Part shown: positions 38,537 through 48,039 of the stretch, piece after piece | Layout: each line of letters begins with the position of its first letter | Numbering within the stretch: position 1 is the first letter of the stretch | Assembly: GCA_018062135.1 (NCBI GenBank) | Contig: JAGOSW010000001.1 | Coordinates: 3,210-67,209 of the forward strand | Reading direction: 5' to 3' | Origin: Candidatus Woesebacteria bacterium | GTDB lineage: Bacteria > Patescibacteriota > Microgenomatia > UBA1406 > HO2-37-13b | Length of the DNA stretch: 64,000 nucleotides | The notes under the pieces: generated by a model | Seen by the model: only the letters and a program-made list of their open reading frames with translations | Told to the model about the DNA's origin: nothing | The model's database searches: none | Position numbers and translations under genes: made by a program

Positions 38537-39331
38537 ATGGGTAAATCAGTGGACAAGGAAGAGATTAATCAAACAAGTAGTACTCAACCTTCCAAAATAT
38601 CAGATGCTCCAATGTATCCAAGAATTAGAAACAGATTCATTGCAAAACTTCTTGATTCTATCGACAAAGATTGGGATGACTTAACAAAAGAATCTTCAAA
38701 AGCTAAAAAGGACAAGGTAGAATTATCTTTCCATAGACTTAAAGAAGCGCTGGTGAAGCTGGACTATCGATTTTTCGAGCTTTATCAGGCGGAAGAGATC
38801 TTTGATCAATTGGATGAATCAGAAATGGGCGAACCATTACATTATTTACAGATTTACTATGTAGACAAAGTTGAAGCATTTCATCAACAAATATATGCAA
38901 CTATCTCAACGCTTATATTGGTGTTAAACCATGTAGGTATTGAGAATGATTTCGTACAGCATCCAATACATAGTGTAAAAAAGTTTTTAGAGTTCATTGG
39001 CGATCATAAGTCATTTAGATACAGAAGCACAATCCAGAATCAAAAAAGCTTGTTAGAAAGTTCAGTTGACTTTAGATCAAAGTTTATTGATCATCCACAA
39101 CAGCACCTGTTACATGATTGGGCAACATTTAGAGCAAATGATGAAGCTTTCTTGATTTTCTTTATAAGAAAGGGAAATGAGGTCTATTTTATCGACCCAA
39201 CAATTCATCCATCTGATGCAGAGTTTAAACCACCAATTAACTGTGGTAAAGATTATTACATTCCACCAAGTCCTCTGGACACTCTGAAGGCATGTCTTTC
39301 ATTAGTTAAACATCTACTTGATATCGAGTGA
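38537..39331 (+). CDS. hypothetical protein (islet ORF B)
   Basis: A 264-aa ORF, helical by composition. No family recognised. Confidence 0.6.
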   Translation: MGKSVDKEEINQTSSTQPSKISDAPMYPRIRNRFIAKLLDSIDKDWDDLTKESSKAKKDKVELSFHRLKEALVKLDYRFFELYQAEEIFDQLDESEMGEPLHYLQIYYVDKVEAFHQQIYATISTLILVLNHVGIENDFVQHPIHSVKKFLEFIGDHKSFRYRSTIQNQKSLLESSVDFRSKFIDHPQQHLLHDWATFRANDEAFLIFFIRKGNEVYFIDPTIHPSDAEFKPPINCGKDYYIPPSPLDTLKACLSLVKHLLDIE

Positions 39332-39342
39332 GTCCTATACAT

Positions 39343-39369
39343 AGGCGTTCGAATCCCTACTCCCCAGCA
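39343..39369 (+). repeat. degenerate direct copy of the 3' end of tRNA-Gln (att-like remnant)
   Basis: AGGCGTTCGAATCCCTACTCCCCAGCA aligns with tRNA positions 37916-37942, CGGGGTTCGAATCCCTGTCCCCCAGCA. By manual alignment 22 of 27 positions are identical. Confidence 0.6.
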
Positions 39370-39477
39370 GAGTTGCTATGAGTATCAAGCATCAAATAGT
39401 AGATGAAATGCTTCTTAGATTATGATATCAATCTATCCTCAGTACCTCAATTCTATCTTTGATATAATCAAGTCGCT

Positions 39478-40281
39478 ATGCACGCATTTAGAACAAGAAT
39501 AACTGATTTGCCTCGCACATATATCCTATACAGAATTAAACACAGATATTACTTACTCTGTTGGTTAGAGCATGGTATTGATGAATCAATGTATATCTGG
39601 TTTGATGACAACATTGACAATTCATGGGAAGTTACCGCTAAACACTCGCAAGATGAAATTGATGGTAAAGTAACAATTGAATTGACACAACAAAAGTATA
39701 AGATTTATGACCCTCATTTGTCTTGGCACCCCTCAGGAAAAGTACATGTAAGTGGTTATAACGAAGCAGGTAGGATGAAGGAAAGACTTATTGCAGATAA
39801 GAAAGCTGCATCATTGCAGGATATTTCTAATGGCCAGACAGTACCATTTTCCCAAATTGTCTTTCCGACAGTAAATTTTCGGAATATGTTTACATTCATG
39901 GGAAAAGGACTTCCTGAAATTATTTCCAAGAATAAGTATTATGTGGTGATAAATAGGAAGGGTCATAAAATCAATAATTCCGGTGCTAAAGACGAAGCCT
40001 ACATCATTATTGATGATGATATTATCCCCAAAGGCAAGAATCTGAGTATCGATTTCTGCATTCATGACAAAAAGGTAGTAGCTGAGCCGATCGGAAATCT
40101 GAATAGGAATTTAATTTTTTCTGAAATTGTTAGTTCACATAAAGACATGACCCAGAATGCATTTGGTTTACGATTATTTTACTCAGATGTTGAATATGAC
40201 TTGAAAAAGGTTAAGGGCTTAATTGCAACTTGTTTTAACCAAGAATCTTATGATCTATTTCAGCTATCAAGAGCTAGATAG
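39478..40281 (+). CDS. hypothetical protein (islet ORF C)
   Basis: A 267-aa ORF. TATAAT lies 9 nt before the ATG. No family recognised. Confidence 0.6.
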   Translation: MHAFRTRITDLPRTYILYRIKHRYYLLCWLEHGIDESMYIWFDDNIDNSWEVTAKHSQDEIDGKVTIELTQQKYKIYDPHLSWHPSGKVHVSGYNEAGRMKERLIADKKAASLQDISNGQTVPFSQIVFPTVNFRNMFTFMGKGLPEIISKNKYYVVINRKGHKINNSGAKDEAYIIIDDDIIPKGKNLSIDFCIHDKKVVAEPIGNLNRNLIFSEIVSSHKDMTQNAFGLRLFYSDVEYDLKKVKGLIATCFNQESYDLFQLSRAR

Positions 40282-40344
40282 TTAAGTATTAGCCTATCAA
40301 CCTCCGAACTTTTCACCTTAGATTTCATCCTGTACAATATTACT

Positions 40345-42033
40345 ATGGAACTATACCTAATGATTTTTGCTGGCGTAATTATTTATGGCGTTCTTAGTAG
40401 CAGAAAATCAAAAGGGATTACTTACACGGATCAATCGGGTGAAAAGAAGACCGAGTCATTGCAGCGTAGAAAGTCTAGAAAATTTCTTACGGTTAATAAA
40501 CCTGAAGGTTTTAACATCACTCCTGAAATAAGGAGCATTTTAGATCTGATGGATAATACCAAGCAGAACGTTTTTCTAACCGGAAAAGCTGGTACTGGAA
40601 AATCAACACTCCTCAGGCACTTTCGTGCTACAACAAACAAGAATCATGCTGTTGTTGCACCAACGGGTATTGCTGCAATTAACGTTCAAGGACAAACCAT
40701 TCATTCATTCTTCGGATTCAGAATTGGGGTCACACTGGGTTCGGTACGACCTGTGAGTTATGAAAAGTTAAAGGTAATACGGAATCTTGAAACCTTGATT
40801 ATAGATGAAATATCTATGGTAAGAGCAGATTTATTAGATTGTATTGATAAGGCTTTACGGATAAACCGCCGTAACACATTGCCATTCGGAGGAGTACAAG
40901 TTATTGCAATAGGTGATCCTTATCAACTCCCCCCTGTTGTAACAGCATCGGAAGAAAAATTTATTCAAAGGACTTACGGTGCTCCACATTTTTTTAACGC
41001 GATGAGCTATAAAACTAGTAACTTTACTACACGAGAGCTGACGAAAGTTTATCGTCAGAGCGATGGTGTCTTTATTGATATTCTTAATGCAATTAGAACT
41101 GGGGATCACAGTGAGAGTCATATTAACCAATTAAACAGCTTGACTAGATCTAATCGGCCAACTGATTCATCAATAAAACTGGTTACTACTAATAATATGG
41201 CACAGATGATAAATCAGTCACAACTAGATTTGATACAATCAGAAGCCGCACACTACAGTGCTCAGGTATCAGGCAACTTTTCTGAAAAAGCTGCCCCAAC
41301 AGCAATTGACTTGTATCTTAAGGAAGGGGCACGAGTAATGCTACTAAATAATGATAGGGAAGGTCGTTGGGTGAATGGTGATGTCGGTTTAATTATAGGA
41401 CTGAGTAAGTCATCGGTCAAAGTAAAGTTTGAAGACGGAACATATGAAGATGTTGAACCTAATATTTGGGAAAATATTCAATTTGAGTTTGACGAAGAGA
41501 CTCAAAAAATTGAGCCAGTTATAGTAGGAAAATTCGTTCAACTTCCGGTTAAGCTTGCCTGGGCAGTTACGATACATAAATCACAAGGTAAAACATACGA
41601 ATATGTTCATATTGATTTTGGTTCGGGAACCTTCGCTCCTGGTCAAGCTTATGTTGCATTAAGTAGAGTAACTTCTCTTAACGGCCTTTCATTTGAAACT
41701 CCCATATTACCTAATGATGTGCTAATAGATAAAGCTGTGAAAATCTTCATGGTGCCCGAACTCATTAAAAAGAAGGTTACTAGTTTAGTAGATAAGGAGG
41801 ATGTAGATATAGCAAGAGAGCAAAAGCAAGACGATATAGCAAAATCAGATATCAACAAACTCAAGTTTTTTATCCAAAATGCAGAAAGATATGCGACCGG
41901 CACAAAAAAATCTAAGGAAAAGGTCGAGCATTCGATCAAGGTCTTTAATGCGATGAAAAACAATCTTTCAGATGATGAAATCAAAGATTTTGAATCTGCA
42001 CTTAAGCGTTACAAAGGAAAATTACTAAGTTAA
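40345..42033 (+). CDS. Pif1/RecD-like SF1B DNA helicase with N-terminal hydrophobic segment and C-terminal charged extension
   Basis: Walker A GKAGTGKST, Walker B IIDEISMV, GDPYQLPPV and TIHKSQGKTYEYV. The N-terminus LYLMIFAGVIIYGVLSS is TM-like. Confidence 0.85.
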   Translation: MELYLMIFAGVIIYGVLSSRKSKGITYTDQSGEKKTESLQRRKSRKFLTVNKPEGFNITPEIRSILDLMDNTKQNVFLTGKAGTGKSTLLRHFRATTNKNHAVVAPTGIAAINVQGQTIHSFFGFRIGVTLGSVRPVSYEKLKVIRNLETLIIDEISMVRADLLDCIDKALRINRRNTLPFGGVQVIAIGDPYQLPPVVTASEEKFIQRTYGAPHFFNAMSYKTSNFTTRELTKVYRQSDGVFIDILNAIRTGDHSESHINQLNSLTRSNRPTDSSIKLVTTNNMAQMINQSQLDLIQSEAAHYSAQVSGNFSEKAAPTAIDLYLKEGARVMLLNNDREGRWVNGDVGLIIGLSKSSVKVKFEDGTYEDVEPNIWENIQFEFDEETQKIEPVIVGKFVQLPVKLAWAVTIHKSQGKTYEYVHIDFGSGTFAPGQAYVALSRVTSLNGLSFETPILPNDVLIDKAVKIFMVPELIKKKVTSLVDKEDVDIAREQKQDDIAKSDINKLKFFIQNAERYATGTKKSKEKVEHSIKVFNAMKNNLSDDEIKDFESALKRYKGKLLS

Positions 42034-42069
42034 ACTGTAATAAATAATTCTGATATTATCAGCTAAAGC

Positions 42070-43299
42070 ATGACTAAAAAATTTAACCAGTGGTTGTTAC
42101 CTTTATTTTTTGTTCTCCTATTTATCCTCATCAGATCAATATACTTCGACAATCTCTTCAACTTCGTCTACGACCAAGTATCCTCATCAACAGAAATCTT
42201 AAAATTATGGAGGACTAAATCAATCTCCCTCCTTGGTCCGCCAATGTCGTTTACCGTTGAACATCGCCAAGTTTTCTTTGGAGGATTCTCGTATCTCATG
42301 CAATTCGTGTTTCTCGCCATCGGCAGCTTTGACCCCTTCCTTTCGACATACGCGTTTATGGTATTTAGTGCACTCATGATCTTTCCACTGTACTTTGGAA
42401 CCAAAAGACTCATAAATCAAACAGCAGCTATAATCATGGCAACGCTCTATACACTACTTCCATATTTCATCGAAAGTACCTCTTCAATGTGGAATCCATA
42501 TTTTATGTTTAGTCTTTTTCCTCTGATTGTCTATCTCATGGGATTATTCAAAACGAAAAAATCACCATGGCTTTTCCTATTTCTTTCCATTCTCGGAGGC
42601 ATATGTTTTCAACTTCATTACTTATTCATATTTGCGTGGGTCGGCATCGGCGTGTATTATTTCTTTGTCGAAAAACTTTCTCGAAAATTTCTAGCAATTT
42701 TCATTCTCGGATTTGCTATCGGTATAGCGAATCTTATGCTTTTTGAAGTTCGCAATAATTTTTATCTTTTACAAACACTCTGGATTTATGTGACGCACCC
42801 GAGAAATGTTTCACAGCATTGGATTGCTCCTTACTACATTTTGAGCGAAGTATTTTTCGCTATTCTTGCTGGACTTTCGATCTTTAGAAAAAGATTAAAC
42901 AATACGATGGTCGTGGCACTTTTTATTGTTCTTTTGCTCATGAGCATTCCATACATAACCACTGATGCTAGAGAGAGGAGTTATCCAAAAGATTGGTACT
43001 ACGAAGACGATATTGAGGTTTACAAAATTATTAAAGACAATCTTCCTACTTATCAGGATGTAAACATTTTTGAATTTTATGATGCAACCGGAAACGTTCC
43101 TAAGTATTTTCTAAAACTAGATAATGTTTTATTAGACTACGATGACTACTATGGAAACAAGTATCTGTATGTTTCCTATAAAGATGATCAATTTATGAAA
43201 AATGCAGCGTATGAAGTCGCAAGCTTTAATCCATCAAGAATCGTCAAAACCTGGAAAATAAATGATGTGTACAATCTCTTTTTGTTAGAAAGACTGTAA
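42070..43299 (+). CDS. polytopic membrane protein, possibly GT-C/ArnT-like glycosyltransferase
   Basis: About 9 TM helices plus a C-terminal soluble domain. The family assignment is tentative. Confidence 0.55.
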   Translation: MTKKFNQWLLPLFFVLLFILIRSIYFDNLFNFVYDQVSSSTEILKLWRTKSISLLGPPMSFTVEHRQVFFGGFSYLMQFVFLAIGSFDPFLSTYAFMVFSALMIFPLYFGTKRLINQTAAIIMATLYTLLPYFIESTSSMWNPYFMFSLFPLIVYLMGLFKTKKSPWLFLFLSILGGICFQLHYLFIFAWVGIGVYYFFVEKLSRKFLAIFILGFAIGIANLMLFEVRNNFYLLQTLWIYVTHPRNVSQHWIAPYYILSEVFFAILAGLSIFRKRLNNTMVVALFIVLLLMSIPYITTDARERSYPKDWYYEDDIEVYKIIKDNLPTYQDVNIFEFYDATGNVPKYFLKLDNVLLDYDDYYGNKYLYVSYKDDQFMKNAAYEVASFNPSRIVKTWKINDVYNLFLLERL

Positions 43300-43304
43300 C
43301 TGCC

Positions 43305-43341
43305 TAGCTGCCGGCAACTTACTCTGGAGTGCCGGCAGCTA
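43305..43341. terminator. perfect 12-bp hairpin between convergent genes (TAGCTGCCGGCA - 13 nt - TGCCGGCAGCTA)
   Basis: Read directly. It lies between the stop at 43299 (+) and the stop at 43349 (-). Confidence 0.6.
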
Positions 43342-43348
43342 CTTATCA

Positions 43349-43864
43349 TTAGTGCATTTCCATTCTCATTCTCATCTTATGACCTTTCCCGAACCCTGCT
43401 AAGTAGGAAGGATCAATATCATTTTGTCGTGCCCAATTCTCAAGCTCGTCTCGGCGTTTTTGCATTTTAGCCTTGCGTTCTTGTGGTGTCATATTTTTTA
43501 ACTCATCAAAGTGCGTTTCTCTTTGACTAAAAAGTTCGTTATGTTTTGCTATCAAAAGCTTCTTCTGCGCCTCAGTTAGCTTTCCATCCTTAACAGCCTG
43601 AGAAAGCATATCTTGATATCGAGATTCCATTTCGGCTCTTCTATCCGAATGAATTTCGTCAAATGCTTTTTGCACTTTATCTTCGCTAACGCCTAGCTTC
43701 TGAGAAAGTGTCGAAACAATAGTATCCTTTTCTAACCCATAAAAGGAAGCATTGACATTGTTTACGCTGACCGCTATGATACCTAAAAGTGCGAAACTTG
43801 TAAGTACGTATACTACTTTTCTATTAACTTTAGGACTGACTTTTGTGTGTGCTTGTTTCTTCAT
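43349..43864 (-). CDS. secreted helical protein, Spy/CpxP-like (LTxxQ-type), Met/His-rich C-terminus
   Basis: Signal anchor, KLTEAQKKLLIAKHNEL, and the tail GHKMRMRMEMH. Sits next to the two-component system. Confidence 0.55.
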   Translation of the reverse strand: MKKQAHTKVSPKVNRKVVYVLTSFALLGIIAVSVNNVNASFYGLEKDTIVSTLSQKLGVSEDKVQKAFDEIHSDRRAEMESRYQDMLSQAVKDGKLTEAQKKLLIAKHNELFSQRETHFDELKNMTPQERKAKMQKRRDELENWARQNDIDPSYLAGFGKGHKMRMRMEMH

Positions 43865-43925
43865 TATTTTTCACCTCCTTTCATAACAATAAGGTGAAGT
43901 ATATGAAGCTTGTCTGAAAAATAGC

Positions 43926-44939
43926 TTAAGAAAGTATGCGTTTTTTAGGTAGTCGCACGGTAAATGTTGATCCTTTTTTTACTGTGCTTTCGACAGATAT
44001 GGTGCCTCGATGTTTTTTTACCATATGTTGAGCGATGGAAAGGCCAAGTCCATACCCTGACGCGTCAGCATAAGTACGTGCATCATCTGCTCTATAAAAC
44101 CTGTCGAATATATGTGGAAGATCTTTTTTTGCAATACCGACTCCCGTATCGCGAACTTTTATAATGACGAAAGTTCGCGACTTCTCAACAGAAAGTGTAA
44201 TGCTACTTTTCTTTGGTGAGTATTTTATAGCGTTTTCCAAAAGAATAACGAAGAGGTTTGTGATTTCGTCTTTTACTATTTCAGCTGATGCATCTGAGCT
44301 TTTTTCTAATGTGATTGCGATAGATTTTTTCTTTGCAAGTGTTTTAGTTTTTTTGATTGCACTTTCTAAGACGTTTGTAATAAGACTATCTTCAAATAGT
44401 TGATCTGGTAATGGCTTTTGTAGCAGGGCTAATTCTAACAATGATTCTGTTAATTTTTGCAACCTGTTTACTTCGTACATGCTCTCTTTGATTATTATTC
44501 GTGCATCTTTTAATGTGCTTTTTTTACTTCTATCAAATACTTCAAAGGCCGTTTTTAAAGATGTGAGTGGGGTTTTAAGTTCATGTGAGGCATCAGAAAT
44601 AAATCTGCTTTGCTCGATCATCATTACGTGGATTGGGTTAAGCGTCTTCCCTGATAGTACCCATGCAAATATTCCCGACATAGCCAAAATTACGCCATTG
44701 AGATACATAAGATTAAGAGTAAGATGTTTCCGCGCTTCATCTATAAAACTTAGTTCGAGAATAAGGGGCGCCATATCGCGCATCTCAATTTGCCTATTGA
44801 TGCGAGCTTTTTGTCTTGATTCAATTACGCGGAGTTCATTTATTTGAATTTGATATATTGCTGCCGAAAAAAAGATGCTGATGATCATTATCATCAAAAC
44901 ATACCAGAGTGTTAATTTTACGCGTGCTTTGTAAAACAT
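43926..44939 (-). CDS. sensor histidine kinase
   Basis: H-box SHELKTPLT, N-box LLENAIKYS, G1 DTGVGI and G2 GYGLGLSI. Two N-terminal TM helices. Confidence 0.9.
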   Translation of the reverse strand: MFYKARVKLTLWYVLMIMIISIFFSAAIYQIQINELRVIESRQKARINRQIEMRDMAPLILELSFIDEARKHLTLNLMYLNGVILAMSGIFAWVLSGKTLNPIHVMMIEQSRFISDASHELKTPLTSLKTAFEVFDRSKKSTLKDARIIIKESMYEVNRLQKLTESLLELALLQKPLPDQLFEDSLITNVLESAIKKTKTLAKKKSIAITLEKSSDASAEIVKDEITNLFVILLENAIKYSPKKSSITLSVEKSRTFVIIKVRDTGVGIAKKDLPHIFDRFYRADDARTYADASGYGLGLSIAQHMVKKHRGTISVESTVKKGSTFTVRLPKKRILS

Positions 44940-44954
44940 TATATTTTCACTTTT

Positions 44955-45611
44955 TTACGAAGTAGTTTTATAACCAAAACCTCTAATTGTTTTTATAAGG
45001 TGATGCCCAATTTTTTGCCGAATATTCCTAATATTAACTTCAACAGTATTCGGCAAGATATCAGCATCGAAATTCCATACATGATCGATTATCTCTTGTT
45101 TGGAAATAATTTTTTCAGGATTCCTCATAAAATATTCAAGAATTGCATATTCTTTTTTAGATAAATTGACATTCTTATCTTTTCTTTTTACGACTTGATT
45201 ATTTGTATTAATTTCGATGTCACTTAATCTTAATTGCGCTAGTAGTGTCTTGCTTGGTCTACGAGAGAGAGCTCTTATGCGGGCAATAAGTTCGTCAAAG
45301 GAAAACGGTTTTGCGAGGTAGTCGTCTGCACCAATGTTTAATCCATCAACTTTATCTTGTATCTGCGACTTTGCTGTAAGCATTAATATCGGTGTAAAAA
45401 TGTGATTTTTGCGAAGTTCAGCACAGATTTTCATGCCATCCATACTAGGGAGCATTCTATCAAGCAGAATGATGTCATAGTTCTCGGTCGAGGCCATGTC
45501 ATAGCCAATAAGACCATCATATGCAACATCTACTGCATAACTTTCTTGTTCGAGTCCCTTTTTGATGGTGTCGGCAATACGACGTTCATCTTCAATACAC
45601 AATATTCGCAT
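44955..45611 (-). CDS. OmpR-family response regulator
   Basis: Receiver domain (ILLDRMLPSMDG, LTAK) plus a winged-helix output domain (RGFGYK). Confidence 0.93.
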   Translation of the reverse strand: MRILCIEDERRIADTIKKGLEQESYAVDVAYDGLIGYDMASTENYDIILLDRMLPSMDGMKICAELRKNHIFTPILMLTAKSQIQDKVDGLNIGADDYLAKPFSFDELIARIRALSRRPSKTLLAQLRLSDIEINTNNQVVKRKDKNVNLSKKEYAILEYFMRNPEKIISKQEIIDHVWNFDADILPNTVEVNIRNIRQKIGHHLIKTIRGFGYKTTS

Positions 45612-45669
45612 ACATATATTATACGTCTATAGCTGAAAACTAGCTGAAAGTCGTTTTCCGTACCTCAGC

Positions 45670-45999
45670 ATGATACAATATACAGACAATATGACAAAAT
45701 ATTACGAGGTACACGTAACCGCAAAAGATGAAGATCAGGCAAATGCGATTCTTAACGCGATTCTGCAAAAAAAAATTGCGACTGGAGGATTGATGTTTAT
45801 TACACCTGCACGTTTTCTTTGGAAAGAAAAATTAGTCGATCTACAATATTTTACAATCACGGCTTTTACCGTCGAAAAGAATAAGCAAGCAATCATCGAC
45901 GAAGTAAAAAAAGTAACGCACGAAGACTTGCCTATGATTTGGTTTACCGAAATTGATGGTAATGAAGAGCTTCTGGCCTGGATAAACGAGATGGTATGA
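45670..45999 (+). CDS. CutA1-like divalent-cation tolerance family protein (tentative)
   Basis: About 105 aa with the pattern ..Y.W...l....E......T.......i...v...H.YE.P.i. An alternative start exists at ATG 45691. Confidence 0.5.
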   Translation: MIQYTDNMTKYYEVHVTAKDEDQANAILNAILQKKIATGGLMFITPARFLWKEKLVDLQYFTITAFTVEKNKQAIIDEVKKVTHEDLPMIWFTEIDGNEELLAWINEMV

Positions 46000-46478
46000 A
46001 ATTGATTTTACTCATATTATTTAGCTTTCTTCTCATTCTCTTATTTGTAGTAATCTTTTTTGGACTCATTCGCACATATATTGTCCAACATAACGCAAAC
46101 CAAAAAGAGTTCTTGTCAGGGAAAATTCCTAAAAGTATGCCTGATGGATTTTATAAGGGATCAATAGGGGATATAAAGGTGCCTTGGATGGGAAAGCGGT
46201 TTGACAGTAAAAAATCGAGAGGGATTAATAGATTTGTTGATGAAAAAGGGAAATCTAACGAAAAGTACCCATTCACCACATACGTGGGAAATGGCCTCCA
46301 AGACAAAGATTTTAAGGTGTTTAAGATTGACTATGGAGTTAATAAGAGTCCTTGGTGGATAAAATACATTCTTGATGAAGTAGTAGAAACAGCTTCAGGT
46401 CAATACCTTGGAAAGGTGCATGTGACAATTCTGCCAGGAATTCCACTTACTCTTGGCTATTTTCGTTTAGAGAAATAA
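45996..46478 (+). CDS. hypothetical membrane-anchored protein
   Basis: A 160-aa ORF with an N-terminal TM, overlapping the preceding gene by 4 nt. Confidence 0.5.
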   Translation: MKLILLILFSFLLILLFVVIFFGLIRTYIVQHNANQKEFLSGKIPKSMPDGFYKGSIGDIKVPWMGKRFDSKKSRGINRFVDEKGKSNEKYPFTTYVGNGLQDKDFKVFKIDYGVNKSPWWIKYILDEVVETASGQYLGKVHVTILPGIPLTLGYFRLEK

Positions 46479-48033
46479 CAGGAATAGTAAACAGCTTATC
46501 TTTTAATAGTATTTTTTGTGAATCTGAAATTGTTTTCACTTTGTCTTCATGAACATATACTTTTGATGGTTTATTAAGGTGATGAAGTTGCACATATGAG
46601 GATAGTAGTACCTGATTTAGTCTATTTCTAAACACTTGATCGTGAGAAGAAATATCTGGTATCACTATAAATTCAGGAGGATTTTGTGTGATAGTAGTGA
46701 CAAAGTTCTCTTCATACTCAGGGATAGTCGTTATCCAAGGGTAATATTCAAGAACTTTAGTTGCCATATGAATATCTGCAACCCAATAAACCAATGGGTC
46801 ATTCTCAAAGACAAGTAAACGGTCGGTAGGGCTCTTTAATATTTTAACTACTCCACCATGTGTTTCTGATTCTGAATAAAAAATATAGTGCTGTTCAGTA
46901 ATGAAGGGCTTTGTCGAATAAAAAATTGGAAATGCTCGATATATCCAGCCAGTAATGCCAATAAAAAGAACAAATGAAACCGAGATAAATAATCTGTTAG
47001 ATTTAAAATTATTCTTTATTGCTTCAAATATAAGATACATTGCCGTAGCCAGCATTGCTCCAAACTGTGGAAGAAGATGAAAATTGTCGAATGTTGCAAA
47101 ATCGGTACGAGTATTAAGCAGTAGAAGTGGAAGTAAAATAATCGCCCCATACTCTTTTTTATTCTTCAACCAGTCTAATCCAAAGATCAAAAGTATAAAG
47201 ATGCTGCCAGAAAAAAGAAGCTTAATTGGCGTGTAAGGCGGTAGAAATGAGAGTATAGGCAACATTACAACATTAAATACCGATTGTTTACCTGCTTGGG
47301 ATGGGAGAAAGTAGCGAGTATTGTAGACAATGGTTTCACGTAAGTAATCAGATAATGGTGTTATAACAAATAAGACTATTGTGCAAGCAAAGAAGGGAAG
47401 AAGGATGTAGAGTAATTTGCGGTGATTTTTTCTGAAATACCATATGAATAAACTCAAGGTAAGTAGAACAAAGGGCCATAGTGGTAATAGTGAGAAGGTA
47501 ATGAGAAAAAAACTTATGGAAAGTATACATATGTGCAGTGATGTAAGATGTTTTTTATTTACTACCAATTGAATAAGCGATACGCATACAAAAACAACAG
47601 GATATACGGCAAGTGTTTCGGCAAGAAGTTTCTCGCCTGAAAGAAGATACTTGCTCATCTCGAAGAGTGCCATAAAGAAAACCATTGGCAGACCAAAAAA
47701 TGCAATCAGGAGCAGTTCCCATACGGCTGCATAAATAAATACAGCATCGCGTTGTCTGGATATGTAATTAAAAAGGTTATCGGGTTTGGAAATTGCCTCG
47801 GTAAGTGAGCTGTAATAGTAAACCAATGGTTGGTGGTTAAAGTGGATGTCTTTATATAGTTTTGTTCCGTGAAGGGCAAGGTGTCCACCTACCATGTGTC
47901 CCACTTCATCGCCCATACGGTTTGTGTGAGCGAAGTTATGTGCAGAAAGACCCATGACAAAGAGGAATAGTAGTGTGAGTATGATAACCACATACGATTT
48001 CATATTAATGAATACTACATTTTTTGATATCAT
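46447..48033 (-). CDS. polytopic membrane protein, possibly GT-C-type glycosyltransferase
   Basis: 528 aa with more than 10 TM helices and a C-terminal soluble domain. The family assignment is tentative. Confidence 0.55.
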   Translation of the reverse strand: MISKNVVFINMKSYVVIILTLLFLFVMGLSAHNFAHTNRMGDEVGHMVGGHLALHGTKLYKDIHFNHQPLVYYYSSLTEAISKPDNLFNYISRQRDAVFIYAAVWELLLIAFFGLPMVFFMALFEMSKYLLSGEKLLAETLAVYPVVFVCVSLIQLVVNKKHLTSLHICILSISFFLITFSLLPLWPFVLLTLSLFIWYFRKNHRKLLYILLPFFACTIVLFVITPLSDYLRETIVYNTRYFLPSQAGKQSVFNVVMLPILSFLPPYTPIKLLFSGSIFILLIFGLDWLKNKKEYGAIILLPLLLLNTRTDFATFDNFHLLPQFGAMLATAMYLIFEAIKNNFKSNRLFISVSFVLFIGITGWIYRAFPIFYSTKPFITEQHYIFYSESETHGGVVKILKSPTDRLLVFENDPLVYWVADIHMATKVLEYYPWITTIPEYEENFVTTITQNPPEFIVIPDISSHDQVFRNRLNQVLLSSYVQLHHLNKPSKVYVHEDKVKTISDSQKILLKDKLFTIPVISLNENSQE

Positions 48034-48039
48034 TTAGCT

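Noticed and set aside
42070-48033. The two polytopic membrane proteins flanking the two-component system, considered as a paralogous pair forming a regulated glycosylation system.
   Set aside because: I could not see sequence similarity between the two proteins by eye, and the GT-C assignment is itself tentative. The evidence is too weak to report as a finding.
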